From the NCBI RefSeq assembly GCF_037042905.1, contig NC_087249.1, forward strand, positions 6,946,001 through 7,010,000: 64,000 nucleotides of DNA. Reading direction: 5' to 3'. Position 1 is the first letter of the stretch; each line of letters begins with the position of its first letter. This document shows positions 12,964 to 26,289 of the stretch, piece after piece. The translations under genes and the position numbers were made by a program. The stretch is from Lytechinus pictus. Taxonomy: Eukaryota. A model generated the notes under the pieces. That model was given only the letters and a program-made list of their open reading frames with translations, was not told the origin of the DNA and did not search any database.

Positions 12964-15900
12964 GCTAAAATGCCCTATTGTTTCGATATATGACGTTCGA
13001 TCCAGTGCCGTATTAGATTACTTTGAACTGTTTTTTTTCTTTTGAAGAGGTCAATTATGTAGAAACTTTGATCAAATAACATTAAAAGGCATATTTTTGT
13101 TTATCGTTCTCTGTAAACTATCAGTTTCATTTGATGGTCGACTATCTTCCTGAATGATATCGTGTTAATGGTAAAGCGGAAAAAATACCTAAATGTCGGC
13201 CAATCGGTGAAAGATATCAAAACTTTTCAAGGACGGTTGAGTTAATAAAAGATTAAAGAAAGAGGACTATCATACTTTGTTTTAAAGAATAGAATAAATC
13301 GTTTTAGATTGACTTGTACGTTTATAAGATAATTGCAGAATAGCCGAGAGTCTTTTGATATTTTATATTCAGTCATTTGATAACATTTTGATTAGGACGA
13401 GTGACATTTGATTCTGTTATGTTGTAATGTATATACATGTACTATATACAAGAGCGTAGGCTGGTTTGATCCTGGGGAGGTGGAACTGAAGTGGTATGTG
13501 GGTGCACATCTTGGGGAGGTGGAACTTCAGTTTGAAAAATCGGCTGTTGAAAGCAGAAGAAGGGGTACAAATTTCGTTTTGATTGCCAGTGTCGGAACTC
13601 CTCTGCCTTAACGGGAGGGTGCACGTATACCCAATGTGCCCCCCGCCTTCGCCTTGATAAATTTTGCTGGGTTGATTAAACCAACCATGATGAGTTACTG
13701 CGTCTTATTTTAGATCTGTAGATATGTCTAGTTCGGTATAATGATTAATGTGACAGTATAGTGGCATTCTCGGAAAATTAGTTTTTGTTATATGACTGGT
13801 TTTCTGGGTCACCATAGTCCTATATGTTTGAAATTAATGCTTCATCAAACAAAAAGAAAACAAACGTCATGGTACAATAAATTCAATTTACAAGTAATAA
13901 ACACGATAAAAGGCTAGACTGATACTAAAAAATTGGTCATGATAACTAGCGTTGCGCCTGAAGCGCTTAATGACGTTGTGTTGAAGTATATTTCTAATTG
14001 TTATCATTGCTTTGTAGTTGCTAGGTAATAGTTTGGGATATTATTGATTACTAACAAACGTTGTTGGAACTGATTCTTTTTAAAATCCTTATTCTAATTT
14101 TAGACAGCAGGCTTTTCTCAAAAACTAACAATAAATACGACTTGACTCATAACAGTGCTTTTTTGTAGCAACAATGGTAAATTCGACTCAAAAGCAAAGG
14201 CAGAGGCGTGGCTTCTGATAGGGGGCGACCAAACCTCTGTGATTTTTTAAGAAGAAAAAATAACGATACTTTGTCATCTATCCACGTATGCTATTCTTTT
14301 TTGAAAGGATAATCAGTTTATTGTAAAAAAAAAAAACGCGATTCGCCCTTCCGATTTCGGCGCAATTTCGTAGTTTGCACCCCCCCCCCCTCCTCCATCA
14401 CTTTCTCTCGCTCTCTCCTCTTTCCTTTCCCCTTTCAGGGCGTGCGCTCTTCTCTTTTGACTCAGACTTCCGAATTTTTTCTCTTTCGCTCCCTCCCCCT
14501 CTCTATATATATCTCCAAATTTACCCCCCCCCCCCATTTCCCATTCATTATCTATCTCATTAATGCGGTTTCTTCTCCAATTATTTTGTTACATTTCTAT
14601 AACATTTTGTCTCACTCTCTTACAGCTCAATCATTCTAGTTCTATTTCTCACTCCTGTAGAGTTCCTTCAATATTATATGTCTATAAGTTTGATGTAGAC
14701 TGTAGATTTCACTTTGAAAACGTTACATCAAGATACGAACATTTCTGTAATCTATAACTCTTATCATTTCTTTTAATCAATCAGCAAAAATAAAAGACCA
14801 AATACGGAAATAGCGATCAATATATACATACATTATTGTAATGGTCCAGCCATTCACTTTAAGCACAATGCATAGTAAGAAATATATTCTAAGATTACAC
14901 ATATCTATACATTTACACAATTAATGAAACACTCTTTTGTAATACCAGTACATAAAACATTCACTTAGGGGGATCATATCTACAAATTGCGATTTAGAAA
15001 TTGAGAGTCTTTTAGCATGGATACAAAATATTAGTTTTCCAGCAAGCCTGTACACGATGCCCCCCCCCCCCTCCACCGAAGGGGTGGTCATTTTGTTATA
15101 TATTTATTTGTTATTTACCAAAAACAGTCTTCAATATAAATAATGCAAATAGATTTCTACTTCTCAGAACGTCTGACCCCCCCAACCATGCAAAATCCTT
15201 TTCTTTAAAAATAATATTTTATTATGTTATATTTAGGGGAGTGCACGAACTCCGCCCCCCCCCCCCGTGTACACTGCCCCTGGTAATCTCGCCCTCCCAA
15301 GACCCCCTCCCCTGCTTCTTTCTTGATACGCTACTGTTACAGTACTGTTTAGTCAAATAACGAGAATTGGATGGATTTGTAGATAAAAGTAATAGCCATC
15401 AAAAACTCGCAAATAATCAGCTAGTATTGATTGGTGACTCACTCTATCTTGATAATTAAACTCTGCATTAGAATATATTATTAAGCTACAATTGTAGGTC
15501 TAAACAGTCGACGACAAAAAAAATCTTCTTTCACTTTCAGGAAGATATCACGAACTATAATTTCAAACGTAATTCGACCTTATGTCATGTAAACAAATAT
15601 GAAGTACTATTTCAAACCTGTATTTTGGATGAAGACAAATTATGACCATGAATGCCATTGAAATAATTATCTAAATCACTCGTCCTTAATTGTGGTTAAA
15701 CAGTACTGCAGTCGCTTTATGTAATGCCCGAATGCAAGATGCTTTAATAAACTTTGATGACTGATCATTTTCGAAACAACTGAAGCATCACATATTTTGC
15801 TAATGTATGTTCGCGATATTGGATATGTGAGAACGATTAAATTCAATCGACAAAATATTATTAAAGAAATAGAATGAAATCAATCTGAACCATAACGTAA

Positions 15901-16570
15901 ATCAGAATCTGAACGGAAAAACTAGAATTATAATCGAATTATGAAACTGTATTCCTACTTCAGGAACCGCCCTTTTTGGTGCAGGTCAGTTATGACCTTA
16001 ACCGAAAGTACAATCTAATCACATTTAGGTAACGAATATCCTTATAGAACGTGTGAAAAGAACACTTTAAAATGTATCCGGATATCTGGCCGGATATCAG
16101 ATGTAGGGAACCGATATCAGTCATAATCACTTTAATTGACCCGGTTGGAAACAATGTCTTGTTCTATTGGTAAGAATATAATAATGATCTATTCCTTCTA
16201 AGAAAAACAAAATTAAGTAAAAAAAACATTGTTGCGATATGATGTGACAAATAGGATTCGTGTATGATCAATTGAACATCTTACAGTCAAAGTTTTAGAA
16301 ACGTATTGAAAATTAAATGAAAAAGTTAATGTATATGCTGTCTGTTTGATCTTTGAAATGCACCATATTGACGATGAAAACAAATATAATATATAATAAG
16401 TGAAACAGACTATGATCTGGTCTGGTTCATGCATGGTGTTTGGTTCTCTTTACAACACATCAAATGGACCAGCCACTGATATCGAGTAAATTAACGATAT
16501 AAATGCAAAAAAAGTTTCAGTCATTCATTTGATACGTTGGTGATGATAAATTATCTAATCCTCTATATTC

Positions 16571-18655
16571 TCATTTTGCGGGAAGGTTAGAACCCATAAA
16601 TGTATACTCTCGTTTGCTAGCGTCGGGAGGGATGTCATACACCTCATCGGGTGATGAAGAACTAGGCGGTAGTTCGTACACGTATCCGTCATCATCGTGG
16701 TGCTTGTCAACATCAACGTCGTGGTCATCGTCGGAATCCACCACCGGATGATCGTAAGGATTGTACACTTCGCCATTCAACCTCGCGCCTTGCTGGAGCA
16801 CCTGGTCAGCGTAAGCTTCGTCATAGTGGCAAAGGCTGAGGTACCGGCTTTCTGTTCTACCAGGGGTCAATCCACAGTATTCGTTTTTCTCAGGGACTGT
16901 ACCTTTTGGATTGGACTGGCGTTTATCAGCTGGGACTCTTGGCGGGGGCTTGTTGGGTGGTGGGGAGGTAACGACGACGGGAGGGCGTGGTGGGTTGCCG
17001 GTGGGTGGAGGAGGACGCCTGGGTTCTTCCTCTGCCTCCACAAATGGCACCGAGTCGTATCCGTAAGGGGATTCTGAAACAGTGGACGGTGACGTAGGTG
17101 GCGCTGTCGGAGGCGGTAGACGGCCCTGGGATGACTGATTACTTTGATCAAGAGCAACGGCATTGCTGTAAATTGGCGAGCGAGGGGACGCCGAGGAACG
17201 TTGTCCGCTTTCTGGAACATCCAGAGGAGATGCTGCAGGGGTACCAGCTACACCTAGAGAAACACCCACAGGAGGAGATGAAAGTCCCTGAGAATAGACC
17301 CCTTCACCCATGCTATCAAACGACGAATCATTTATGCTACTATAAAACACCCTTGGTGCACCGGTTTCTGGGTCAATGTCACTCCGATCATTAGGCCTGA
17401 GACTCACACCACCAACATAGATGTTCTCTCCCATATCATCGACACCTTTCCCTCTCGGTTCTGGAGGACTTCCCATATCCATGTCTCTCATCACAGGGGC
17501 AGAGCGACGTCTTGCTTTCCTATCTTTCATCATCCTGTTTACATACCTATGGAGAGCATAAACCATGATGACAAACAAGACTTGTCCGACGATGACAGCG
17601 ATGACGATTATTGCAATGATGACACCGGAAGTTTTATTAGGTAACTCACCCATTGTATCGTTATAAAAACCAGTTGCGTTAATGGTAGTCGGTTCAACTG
17701 TATATAATTCTTTGACTTGGAGCAAAGCTCCTGAAGTTGATGATAACCCATGCGTTGTAGTTGCAGTACAGTGGACAGGACTTTCGTCGTCTTCAAGTGT
17801 AATATCGTTAATTATCAAAGTTCTGCCATCTCGGCTTACCTCTATTCGTTGGATGTCAGCAACTGGATTGTTGTCGAATAACCATTCGTATCGGACAATT
17901 TCGGGCAGGCCGAACGCGACGCATGTAAAGACAATACTTCCTCCGACTTCAGCGATGCCAAGAGGAGGCTCGACTCGAACATCGGGACGAATCGACAAAA
18001 GAGTGACGCTACAGAAACGCGGTTCGTCTACTGCAGGAGACTCGCTGTCGCAGATGAATTGTCGTCCGTTGTGCTCACCGCTAACAACGACTGACAGAAT
18101 GTTGGGTGATTCTTTCGGTTCTGTAAGGTTCCTTTCTCCTAATCTCCACGTCAGCCTCGCTGGCGGTCGACCGCCTTCGGATCTGCATGTCAGCATCGCT
18201 ACGTCATCAACGTCTGGTCGGTCTGGAGAAAATTCACACATCGGCGAACCCTGATTCGGTGGCCTCAGCACAACAAGCACGACACTTCTGAAGGTAAATT
18301 GCATGTTGGGAATTGCAAATCCGCAACGATAGGTGCCGGCATCTTCGAGCTCAACGTCCCGAATCTGCAAGTGGTACTCTCCAAGATTGGCGTTGCCCAG
18401 AATAGAAAGGCGTTGATGCTGTGGTACGTGAGAATGAACCATGCGGTTAACCGTTAAGAACCTTCGCGTTGACAGGCGAAACCAGTAGACATTCTGGTTG
18501 CTTTGTAGGTTCCTGATGATGCAACGAAAGAGAACGGTCTGCCCTTCTCGAATAGTCTGGTCCTGGGGACTTTCCACAAAGTTTTGAGACAATGCAACAT
18601 TGCAGAAACAAATGCAGAATACGGCTAACACCGTATATCTCATTATAGATTGCAT
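16571..18655 (-). CDS. Single-exon Ig-superfamily type I membrane protein (3 Ig domains; nephrin/KIRREL/CADM-like), 694 aa
   Basis: Uninterrupted ORF with signal peptide (MRYTVLAVFCICFCNVALS), Ig1 (FRC..W..EYHLQIRDVELEDAGTYRC), Ig2 (LTCRSEGGRPPARLTW..FIC), Ig3 (FTC..YEW..VHC), TM (GVIIAIIVIAVIVGQVLFVIMVYAL) and a Pro/Tyr-rich tail. Confidence 0.9.
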   Translation of the reverse strand: MQSIMRYTVLAVFCICFCNVALSQNFVESPQDQTIREGQTVLFRCIIRNLQSNQNVYWFRLSTRRFLTVNRMVHSHVPQHQRLSILGNANLGEYHLQIRDVELEDAGTYRCGFAIPNMQFTFRSVVLVVLRPPNQGSPMCEFSPDRPDVDDVAMLTCRSEGGRPPARLTWRLGERNLTEPKESPNILSVVVSGEHNGRQFICDSESPAVDEPRFCSVTLLSIRPDVRVEPPLGIAEVGGSIVFTCVAFGLPEIVRYEWLFDNNPVADIQRIEVSRDGRTLIINDITLEDDESPVHCTATTTHGLSSTSGALLQVKELYTVEPTTINATGFYNDTMGELPNKTSGVIIAIIVIAVIVGQVLFVIMVYALHRYVNRMMKDRKARRRSAPVMRDMDMGSPPEPRGKGVDDMGENIYVGGVSLRPNDRSDIDPETGAPRVFYSSINDSSFDSMGEGVYSQGLSSPPVGVSLGVAGTPAASPLDVPESGQRSSASPRSPIYSNAVALDQSNQSSQGRLPPPTAPPTSPSTVSESPYGYDSVPFVEAEEEPRRPPPPTGNPPRPPVVVTSPPPNKPPPRVPADKRQSNPKGTVPEKNEYCGLTPGRTESRYLSLCHYDEAYADQVLQQGARLNGEVYNPYDHPVVDSDDDHDVDVDKHHDDDGYVYELPPSSSSPDEVYDIPPDASKREYTFMGSNLPAK

Positions 18656-18967
18656 GATCTATCGGCTCAGTTATGACTAGACGACCAACTTCGATGTAAA
18701 AGTAGATCTGTTGCAGCAAGGTGTATATACATATGTACCCAACCGCTCGCTTATCTTATCTATGCCCATTCCCTGAGCGAAAGTGGTGTTAAATAATCAA
18801 TTTTCTATCTTGAATCTAAACTGACGTTTTATCAGTTGACGTACGTCATTTCCAATAGATAGCTATAGGAGTTAAAAAAAAATAAGGCCAGACTAATCAT
18901 AACGCGATGTCATTGTAACCGTTTACCCACTTCCTGCATCCGACTTCTTTCCGGAGCTGGTACTCCA

Positions 18968-20168
18968 AAGGGGCGGCGGAACCGGGGAGCAGGCAGGGGG
19001 CAAGTGCCCCAAAAAATTCCCCGTAGGAAAAAATGCCCTTTTTCAAAATGGAAAATGCCCTTTTTTCAAAATGAAATGTGCCCTTTTTCAAATTGAAATA
19101 CCCCTTTTAAAGTAAAAGATAATACATTTTAGGTTAGAATATCACAAATTTTTGGCTCGCGCTTTGCGCTCGCATCAATTATTGTTTAGTATAAGGTATT
19201 CGCCCTGTTCATGGTTACAAAAATGCATAGAATGTCCAGTTTTCAGGTTGGAATATCACACATTTTTGGCTCGTGTTTCGCGCTCGCATCAATTATTGTT
19301 TATTAAGGTACTCATTTTGTTTCTGGTTACAAATTGTGCTTAGAATATACAGTTTTCAGGTGAGAATATCACAATTTTTTTGGCTCGCGCTTTGCACTCG
19401 CATTAATTATTGTTTAGTATAAGGTATTCACTTTGTTCGTACAAAAATGATTATGATGTCTAGTTTTCATGTTGGAATATCACACATTTTTGGTTCGTGT
19501 TTTGCGCTCGCATCAATTATTTTTTATTAAGGTAGTCATTCTGTTCCTGGTTAATTAAAATACTTAGAATGTCAAGTTTTCTGGTTAGAATATCACAAAT
19601 TTTCAGCTAGCGCTTCGCGCTCGTATTATTCGATTGGTGAGATATGTAGCACGTATCCTATTCATAAGTCACTAAATGCAGTATTCAAAGGGTTCCTTTA
19701 TTGGTTAGTATATTAAAAATTTTAGCTCGCGCTTCTTTTTAATCTCTTTTTTATGATTACAAAAACTGCTCGGAATGTTTACATTTCATGCATGGCTTAT
19801 TACATGAAATTTCCAAAATTTTGAGCTCGTGATTCGCGCTCGCAACATCTCGCAAGGATGCCCTTTTAACAGTAATCATTAGGTCCATAATTGACCTAAA
19901 AGCGAGTTTTACAACTTCAGATTTGAAAAAAATTTCAAACCGCTCTCTCGCTTCGCTCACTCGCGAAAAATAATACCTTAATATATATTTTATCAATCAG
20001 AAATCACTTCAAAATACGATTGCTTAACTTAATTAATACAAAACACACGCATGATAATCTCATGGTGAAAATATCCGTTTGCACCAAAATGCTCTTTTTG
20101 GCAGATAAGTGCCGTGTTTTCGCTTTGCCCCCCCCCCCCCCAAACGAAAATACGTTCTGCCGCCCCTG
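18968..20168. mobile_element. MITE with about 113-bp internal tandem repeats, just upstream of the Ig gene
   Basis: TIRs aggggcggcggaac / gttctgccgcccct; repeated gaatatcaca..ggctcgcgctttgcgctcgca units at 19137-19630. Confidence 0.65.
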
Positions 20169-20857
20169 CTCTACTTGCAAGTTTAGACCATGGATGTAGT
20201 TTCTTTTCTACCTCCGTGTTTAGACTAATGTGGATTAGACGTAGCATGGGACGGTGCTATGGAGGGGGATTAGGTGGCCCCATGATTTTTCACTTATCAT
20301 ACAGTGTTTTATTTCGAATGAATGGCAGAGTTACTTGTTTGTTTGTTCCCCCCTTTCTTGAGTTTCTTCTCTCTCCTCTCCAATTAGATAATAATATGAA
20401 ATGTTGCACATAATGGGAGAGAAAAATAGGGTTTTGTTGGGTCATTGGGTTTCTGCAGAATATCATGTTTTTTTTTATAATATATATGTCACGATTGCGT
20501 GGGCTTGCTTTTGGTAAGGGTTTGAGGTGGCTATTATGGGGGGGGGGGGGCAGGCGGGGCGATGAGAAGGTTGAAGGAGGATTAGTGTTCATTTAAGTTT
20601 TAAGCTCGGATGTGAAGGTGCATGTGGCTGTCTTTTCTCTTATCCTTTTTTTTTTCTATTTTTGCATTATATTTCTTAATCTTTATTTGAGTGAAAGGTA
20701 GTCGGAATTTACCAGTTGAAGTGATTTATAAATCATATGTACATGTTTGCAATTGTTGTGCTCTTTGATTTTATCGGTACCTTAATTGATGTATATGAAA
20801 TTATTTGTCAGTTTATATACGATTGTAAATGTTTTTCATTGCTGTTGTCAATGTTTA

Positions 20858-21119
20858 CACTGTAAAAATTAATATTAATATATGGTAAAATTTGTATACG
20901 AGGGTAATTATGTGTCCAACTAATTTGGGGCAGTATTTTACCCAATGCGGGAAGCATATTGTCCAGTAAGGTTAAAAAAATAAGCAGCAATTACTTTAGA
21001 ATGGGCAAAATTTTCATCACACTGGATAAATAAAAATGCCCAAAAGAAATGCCCAATGTTGGTTGGACACATAATTACCCTGACTCATGGAGCATTTTTA
21101 CCCAATATTTTTCAGAGTG
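20858..21119. mobile_element. CACT-ended MITE (ta|cactgtaaaaa..ttttcagagtg|ta)
   Basis: Terminal inverted repeat and internal cccaa motifs; related end at about 62962. Confidence 0.55.
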
Positions 21120-23783
21120 TATGTCACTGGAAAAATGGCGATTTCGTTCAATTCTTCTTGCACCCCCATCCCCTCCTGTTATCGAAATAGCCTTGAGCTA
21201 CCAACGGGTCTCTGGACGTAGCCAATATTAATATTACTTACGGTTTTCTTATGTAACACATTGTTTTGGCACACATATATCTTTTCTCGGAATAATGAAT
21301 AATGTAGTGAGGGTAGTTAGGTTTTTTTTTATTCGGGATATACTCAATTAATTTGGTTTAAATCATTATTCAAATTTTAAAAAATATGAGAAGAGATAAA
21401 GAGTACGAATAATTAATACATTATTAGGTCATGAACATGTTTTATTACTTTTTTTCATTTGTTGCTGCAAGTTCATCCCATTGAAGTCATTTTTGTTTGT
21501 TTCTTAGATTGATTTTAACTTTTGTTTACATCCATTCAAAGGGTGCCAGGGCACCGATGCACGATAGTAGCGACCAAGGTTACCTCAGTATCCCAAGATC
21601 AACCAATAAGAATTTATTATTAGATCTTTTCATTGCAGGCAAATAATTACTGTAAAGGGCAAATATACTTCATTTTCATTTGGTCGATTTGTTCTTTCGC
21701 CTATATTTTTTTCTCGTTCCCCCTGTTTCTTTTGTACGCGACCTTTCTTTAATAAACTGCAGGTAACTTAATTAAAATAATCTTTTAAATATATCTGATG
21801 GATTTTTGCTATCATCTCAAGACTCTGCCTACTTACTTTCTGACTTACACTGGCAACTAAGCCTGCTTAACAGGAACCGCGGAAGCGGGGGGGGGGGGCT
21901 GAGGTGCTTCACTTTTTTTCCAAAACCGTGTACAAAAACGAAAAATGACCATAGTTGTGCTTTTTTGCATGGTCAGCCCCCCCCCCCCAAAAAAGGGCGG
22001 CAACTAAATAAAATGCAACATGATATAAATAAAGTCGAACGAAAGCAATATAAAGTCACTCATGTGGTGTTGAAACTATCAAGACTGGACAAAATAATAT
22101 TAATGAAAATTTGATTAACATTGTGTGGTTAAAATATAATGGTGAAACCTTCACAAAGTTCACTGTGTGACATATTATTACACGGTCGTCAAGTGAGATC
22201 CCTCCACTAATACCGGTACATTTCCTCTCTCATAAATTACACTGCGGTGGATATAATTGATGCTCAATCGTTCCAAGATATGATTTCAACATAATTATTC
22301 ATATCATGATTCAACATGAGTAACATTTCATGTCCGTCTTAGATTTGCATCCTTAAATTTTGGCTTTTTCTACCCATTTTCCATGAATCTCAGGAAGAAT
22401 AAAAGTGACTAACATGAATTCAAACTTTAAATATCGCCATTCATTTCTTCAATACTCCCCAACTTGCTCCCCCTCTCTTTTTCTTCTTTTCTGTTTCATG
22501 ATAAATCAAATAGTAGATTTTGAACCAAAAATGTGATAATATTAAGCCTACTTATCTATCATTATCATTATTTTTTTTTGCAGTAGTCCTTATGAAATAG
22601 AATATACAACCGGTATGCAACAAGAAACCTAACTTTCATTTTACGAATACATTTAGTACTTTGTTTTCGAGGTTTTCGTAATTTTTCTTCTCATCATCTA
22701 CATTGTATTTCAGCGAATATAATTACCTCTACCCCCTCCTACTCCGATGAGGGGGGGGGGGACAACTATAGACACTTTTTCATACACGACTTGTGACATA
22801 GGAGTGCATATGAACAAAGAAACCAAAAGTATACATTTAAAAGTTGGAGTGTTTATTACATCCTGGCATCTCTCCAATTGTGCATGCACTGTTTTTTGTT
22901 CATCTAATATATATTGAAGGATTTTTTTCTGGACCAGGGCAAAACTTTAAAGAAAGGTCTTGAAAATATTTAAAAATGTAAATTTTGAATGGACAAAATT
23001 AGGTTAGATTGAAGAATATGTTGTCCCGTATGTACAACAGATTTTAACAGCCCCCTTCCCGCACCCTCCCCCTCTCCCATTAAAAAAATTATTTCAGTTT
23101 ACTAGGGCATGTCAATTGCTTTTAATTGCTTTGTAAACTGATATTGTCTATATTTTAAAATACAAAAATAGGCTCTCCATCGTAGCATCACCATGGAAAC
23201 CAAATAATGAAATTGGAACCATGCACAACATGACAATAATGACAGTGAATTTGCGATTCGATGTCCGTCCGTAAAATCACTTTGCAGAGAAGGCGACATA
23301 ATCACACCCACGCTTCTGGGCATTTTTACTTCATTGCTAACTAAATAGGCTCTTGAGAACGATATCCGTTAACATGGTAAACAGCCGAGTTTCGAGAGTC
23401 ACTCTGTTTATTGCACTGGCTGAAATATAAATACTTTCCAATTTCGTCCTATGCAAATGTGGGAGGCTAAAACAATTCATTAAGAATAGCTGGTATAAAA
23501 TACCAGCTACTAGTATTCGTAAGGAATTGTTATTGAACAAGGAGGAGTGATTCTTACTCCCCCTCCCCCAAGTTTAATTTAGTTGGAGCTGTATTTCTGC
23601 ATTCGGCATGTTTTTACCATGAATTGTAATCCATTTTCTGAAGGAGACTTTAGAAAAAAAAATTGTTTCAGCGAGATACGCATCGTATTCTTGACAAAGA
23701 AAAATTAAGAAAAATTTTCAGCTCTCGCTTCGCGCTCGCATATTATGATGCCCATCCTGTTAAAAAATTACAAAAAAAAAACT

Positions 23784-23898
23784 TTTTCCCCTCAGCTCTT
23801 TTGAATAGTTACATTATAGTTTCTTACTCTACTTTCCTCCCATATCTCATACAAGCTCAGCTCCAATTTTTCCTTCCTTATTCAGGCGATATAATAAT

Positions 23899-23935
<37 letters not shown>

Positions 23936-24741
23936 TTTTCTCCACTCACCTCTTTTAGATTTACCACATTTGCTTATTTACATGTATACTATGGTTTCTT
24001 CATAATACACCCCCTCTCTTCTATATTTGCTTTTACCTTCTTAGGCAATTTGCTTCCTCTTTTTCACATATACAGGTTTTTTTTTTTCTTCTTTTTTTTT
24101 CCCTACTATATAGTCTTATGTTTTTTTCCCATCACACCTAGCGGATTACAATATCAGTTACACCATATGTGTATTTATATATTTTTTCATATACATTTCT
24201 TTTTTGGATATATTTATATACATATCACTTATAGATACATATTTACACTTACCTTCTTCTCTTAGTTTGTTTAATGCTTTATCATATATACTTATATGTC
24301 TTTTGCACATTATCAGTTGTTCCCCATTCTTTTTCTTTTTTTCCCCCCACTCTTATGCACCAGTTTATTAAGCCTTTCTTTGTAACCTGTTTGACCCACC
24401 TCTCACTAATTCTCTTGTTTTTCATCCCATTATCACTGTTTTGTTCCAGATCCTGTTTGATGTTGCCTGCCTCATTATTTTAATCCCTCTTGGCTTGAGG
24501 TCTTTTACTGGCCTTACTTACACTAACTTCCCTTTGTGTCTGCCTACTCCTTTTCTTTCATCCCCTTCACTAACCTGATTGGTCTTCTCTACTCACTAAT
24601 GCCCCTTTTGTCTCCTTGTTTCTAGTGTTGCTGTAGCTTGTTTGTGGTCTATATTATGGTTGTTCCACTTTATATGTTTGTCATTTTGCCTCCGACGAAG
24701 ATTCTGCTAGGATCGAAAGCTTAGGCCCCTTTTTGACTTTC
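23784..24741 (+). mobile_element. 5'-truncated Penelope-like element remnant ending in a hammerhead-like motif
   Basis: Pyrimidine-rich insert interrupting a gcgctcgc-type repeat; imperfect acaaaaaa(aaa)ct duplication; the last ~56 bp are near-identical to 58991-59046. Confidence 0.6.
24688..24726 (+). ncRNA. Minimal type I hammerhead ribozyme-like motif (Penelope-type)
   Basis: GCCU-CCGACGA-A-GAUUCU(GCU)AGGAUC-GAAA-GC-UU-AGGC; stems I and II pair; core has C in place of U4. Confidence 0.6.
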
Positions 24742-26289
24742 TAAACAAAAAACTGCTTAGATGTCCTTTTTTAGGTCTAAATCACCAAAAACTTAAGTTC
24801 GCGCTCATAACGCTTAGTACATTATTTTTAGAAATGCACTTAAACAAGATTTATGTCGACATATAATCCCTTCGAACTTGCATAGATATTCTTCTACAAT
24901 ACGTTAAAAACCAAGTGCGTGTTTAGGGCTTAGCGGCAAAAGAAAACAAGACTGTATAAGGCAGGCGGCGGTAGGAGGATGCTTACTTTCTGTCCAATCG
25001 TGGAATACATGTCAGACATTCTGACCTGCTGTAGTTTAGATTTGCTTCTTGTGTATCAACACCAGGTTTTGTACTGCTATATTTTACACTTAAAGTGGAT
25101 AAAACGGGCCGCACTCGTGTTGATTTGTTTTCCATTCTCTTTGGAAATCCAAACAAAATCAATTTTGTATCTAAGGTAAAATTATCACGTAATGGACAAT
25201 ACAAGAAACATTACCAAAAGTTTTACGACCAAGGAAAAAAAGAGAAAAGAAGAGGAAAGGGGAAGATTAAATTATTTCATCATTTTCTGAATTTAATGTC
25301 AAGATCTGTTGGATAAGGTAATTTTTTTTCTCGCTCGCTTCGCTCGCGTTTGAGAAATTTTGCTCCAGTCGCCATCTGCGCCTCTCCAAATTCCTGGCTC
25401 ATACTACACCACTGTTTATTATAAATGTTCACATCAGTGTTAACTTATAGACCACTTAATTCACGCAATATTAATATTTTGTGTCACTCGAAAATAGGGG
25501 CAAAAACCCATCCAGCGAGGTTATATTCTGAATAAAATACATAAAAATGATAATATACTGTTTGACTCCGAAATATCCGGTATTTCAACTACCCAAATCA
25601 GGGTCCCGTAACACAAAGCTTTGCGATGAATTGCAAATATGAAAGAACCGCATTGATTTAGAGTTTGATTGCAAACCTTTGTGTTACGGGGTCCCCTGGT
25701 CACCCTGCCTTGAACAGAATGCAAATAAAAGTCTTGAAGCCTAATTCGAATACTCCCAAACGCGTGATACGGAAAACGGGCAGGAAAAACGATTTCGCTG
25801 AAATTCGCTCCCAGGAAACGGGGGGAGGGGTCGAGCTAAAATGATCCCTCGACCAGTTATCATCCTGCGATCTCACTCAGTACTTTGTCATTAAGGCACT
25901 TCACAAACCGGAATATATATGCCTCAAATATTCAATTTTTCAACATACAGTAGGATGAAAAGTATACCCTTTATTTTGGTTTTGGCAACATCGATATCCC
26001 TTTTCACTCTTCGTGCCTACATCGCGGGGGCGTGAAAGAAAACTCTTTTACGATAGGCCCTATTTTGTGTACAGGCCGCATAGCGCGCGTCTTTATAATG
26101 GCAGCGCCCCCCCCCCCAGGGAATACTGAGGATACGAATTATCATATGGATCAAATTTTCTTGAAATAACACTTGCTTCCCTTTCTCATTGTAGGGCATT
26201 TGTCGATATTTTACATTATGTGATGAAATCTCCTCCCTAATGTCACAGACTGATACAGCATGACTTAAAAAAAAAGGCACTGCAGCCTG

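Noticed and set aside
16697..18254. Antisense and alternate-frame ORFs overlapping the Ig gene
   Set aside because: Expected shadows of a GC-richer coding region; no motifs
23663..24265. 200-aa hydrophobic ORF
   Set aside because: Low-complexity T-rich and (TA)n sequence inside a repeat; no domain
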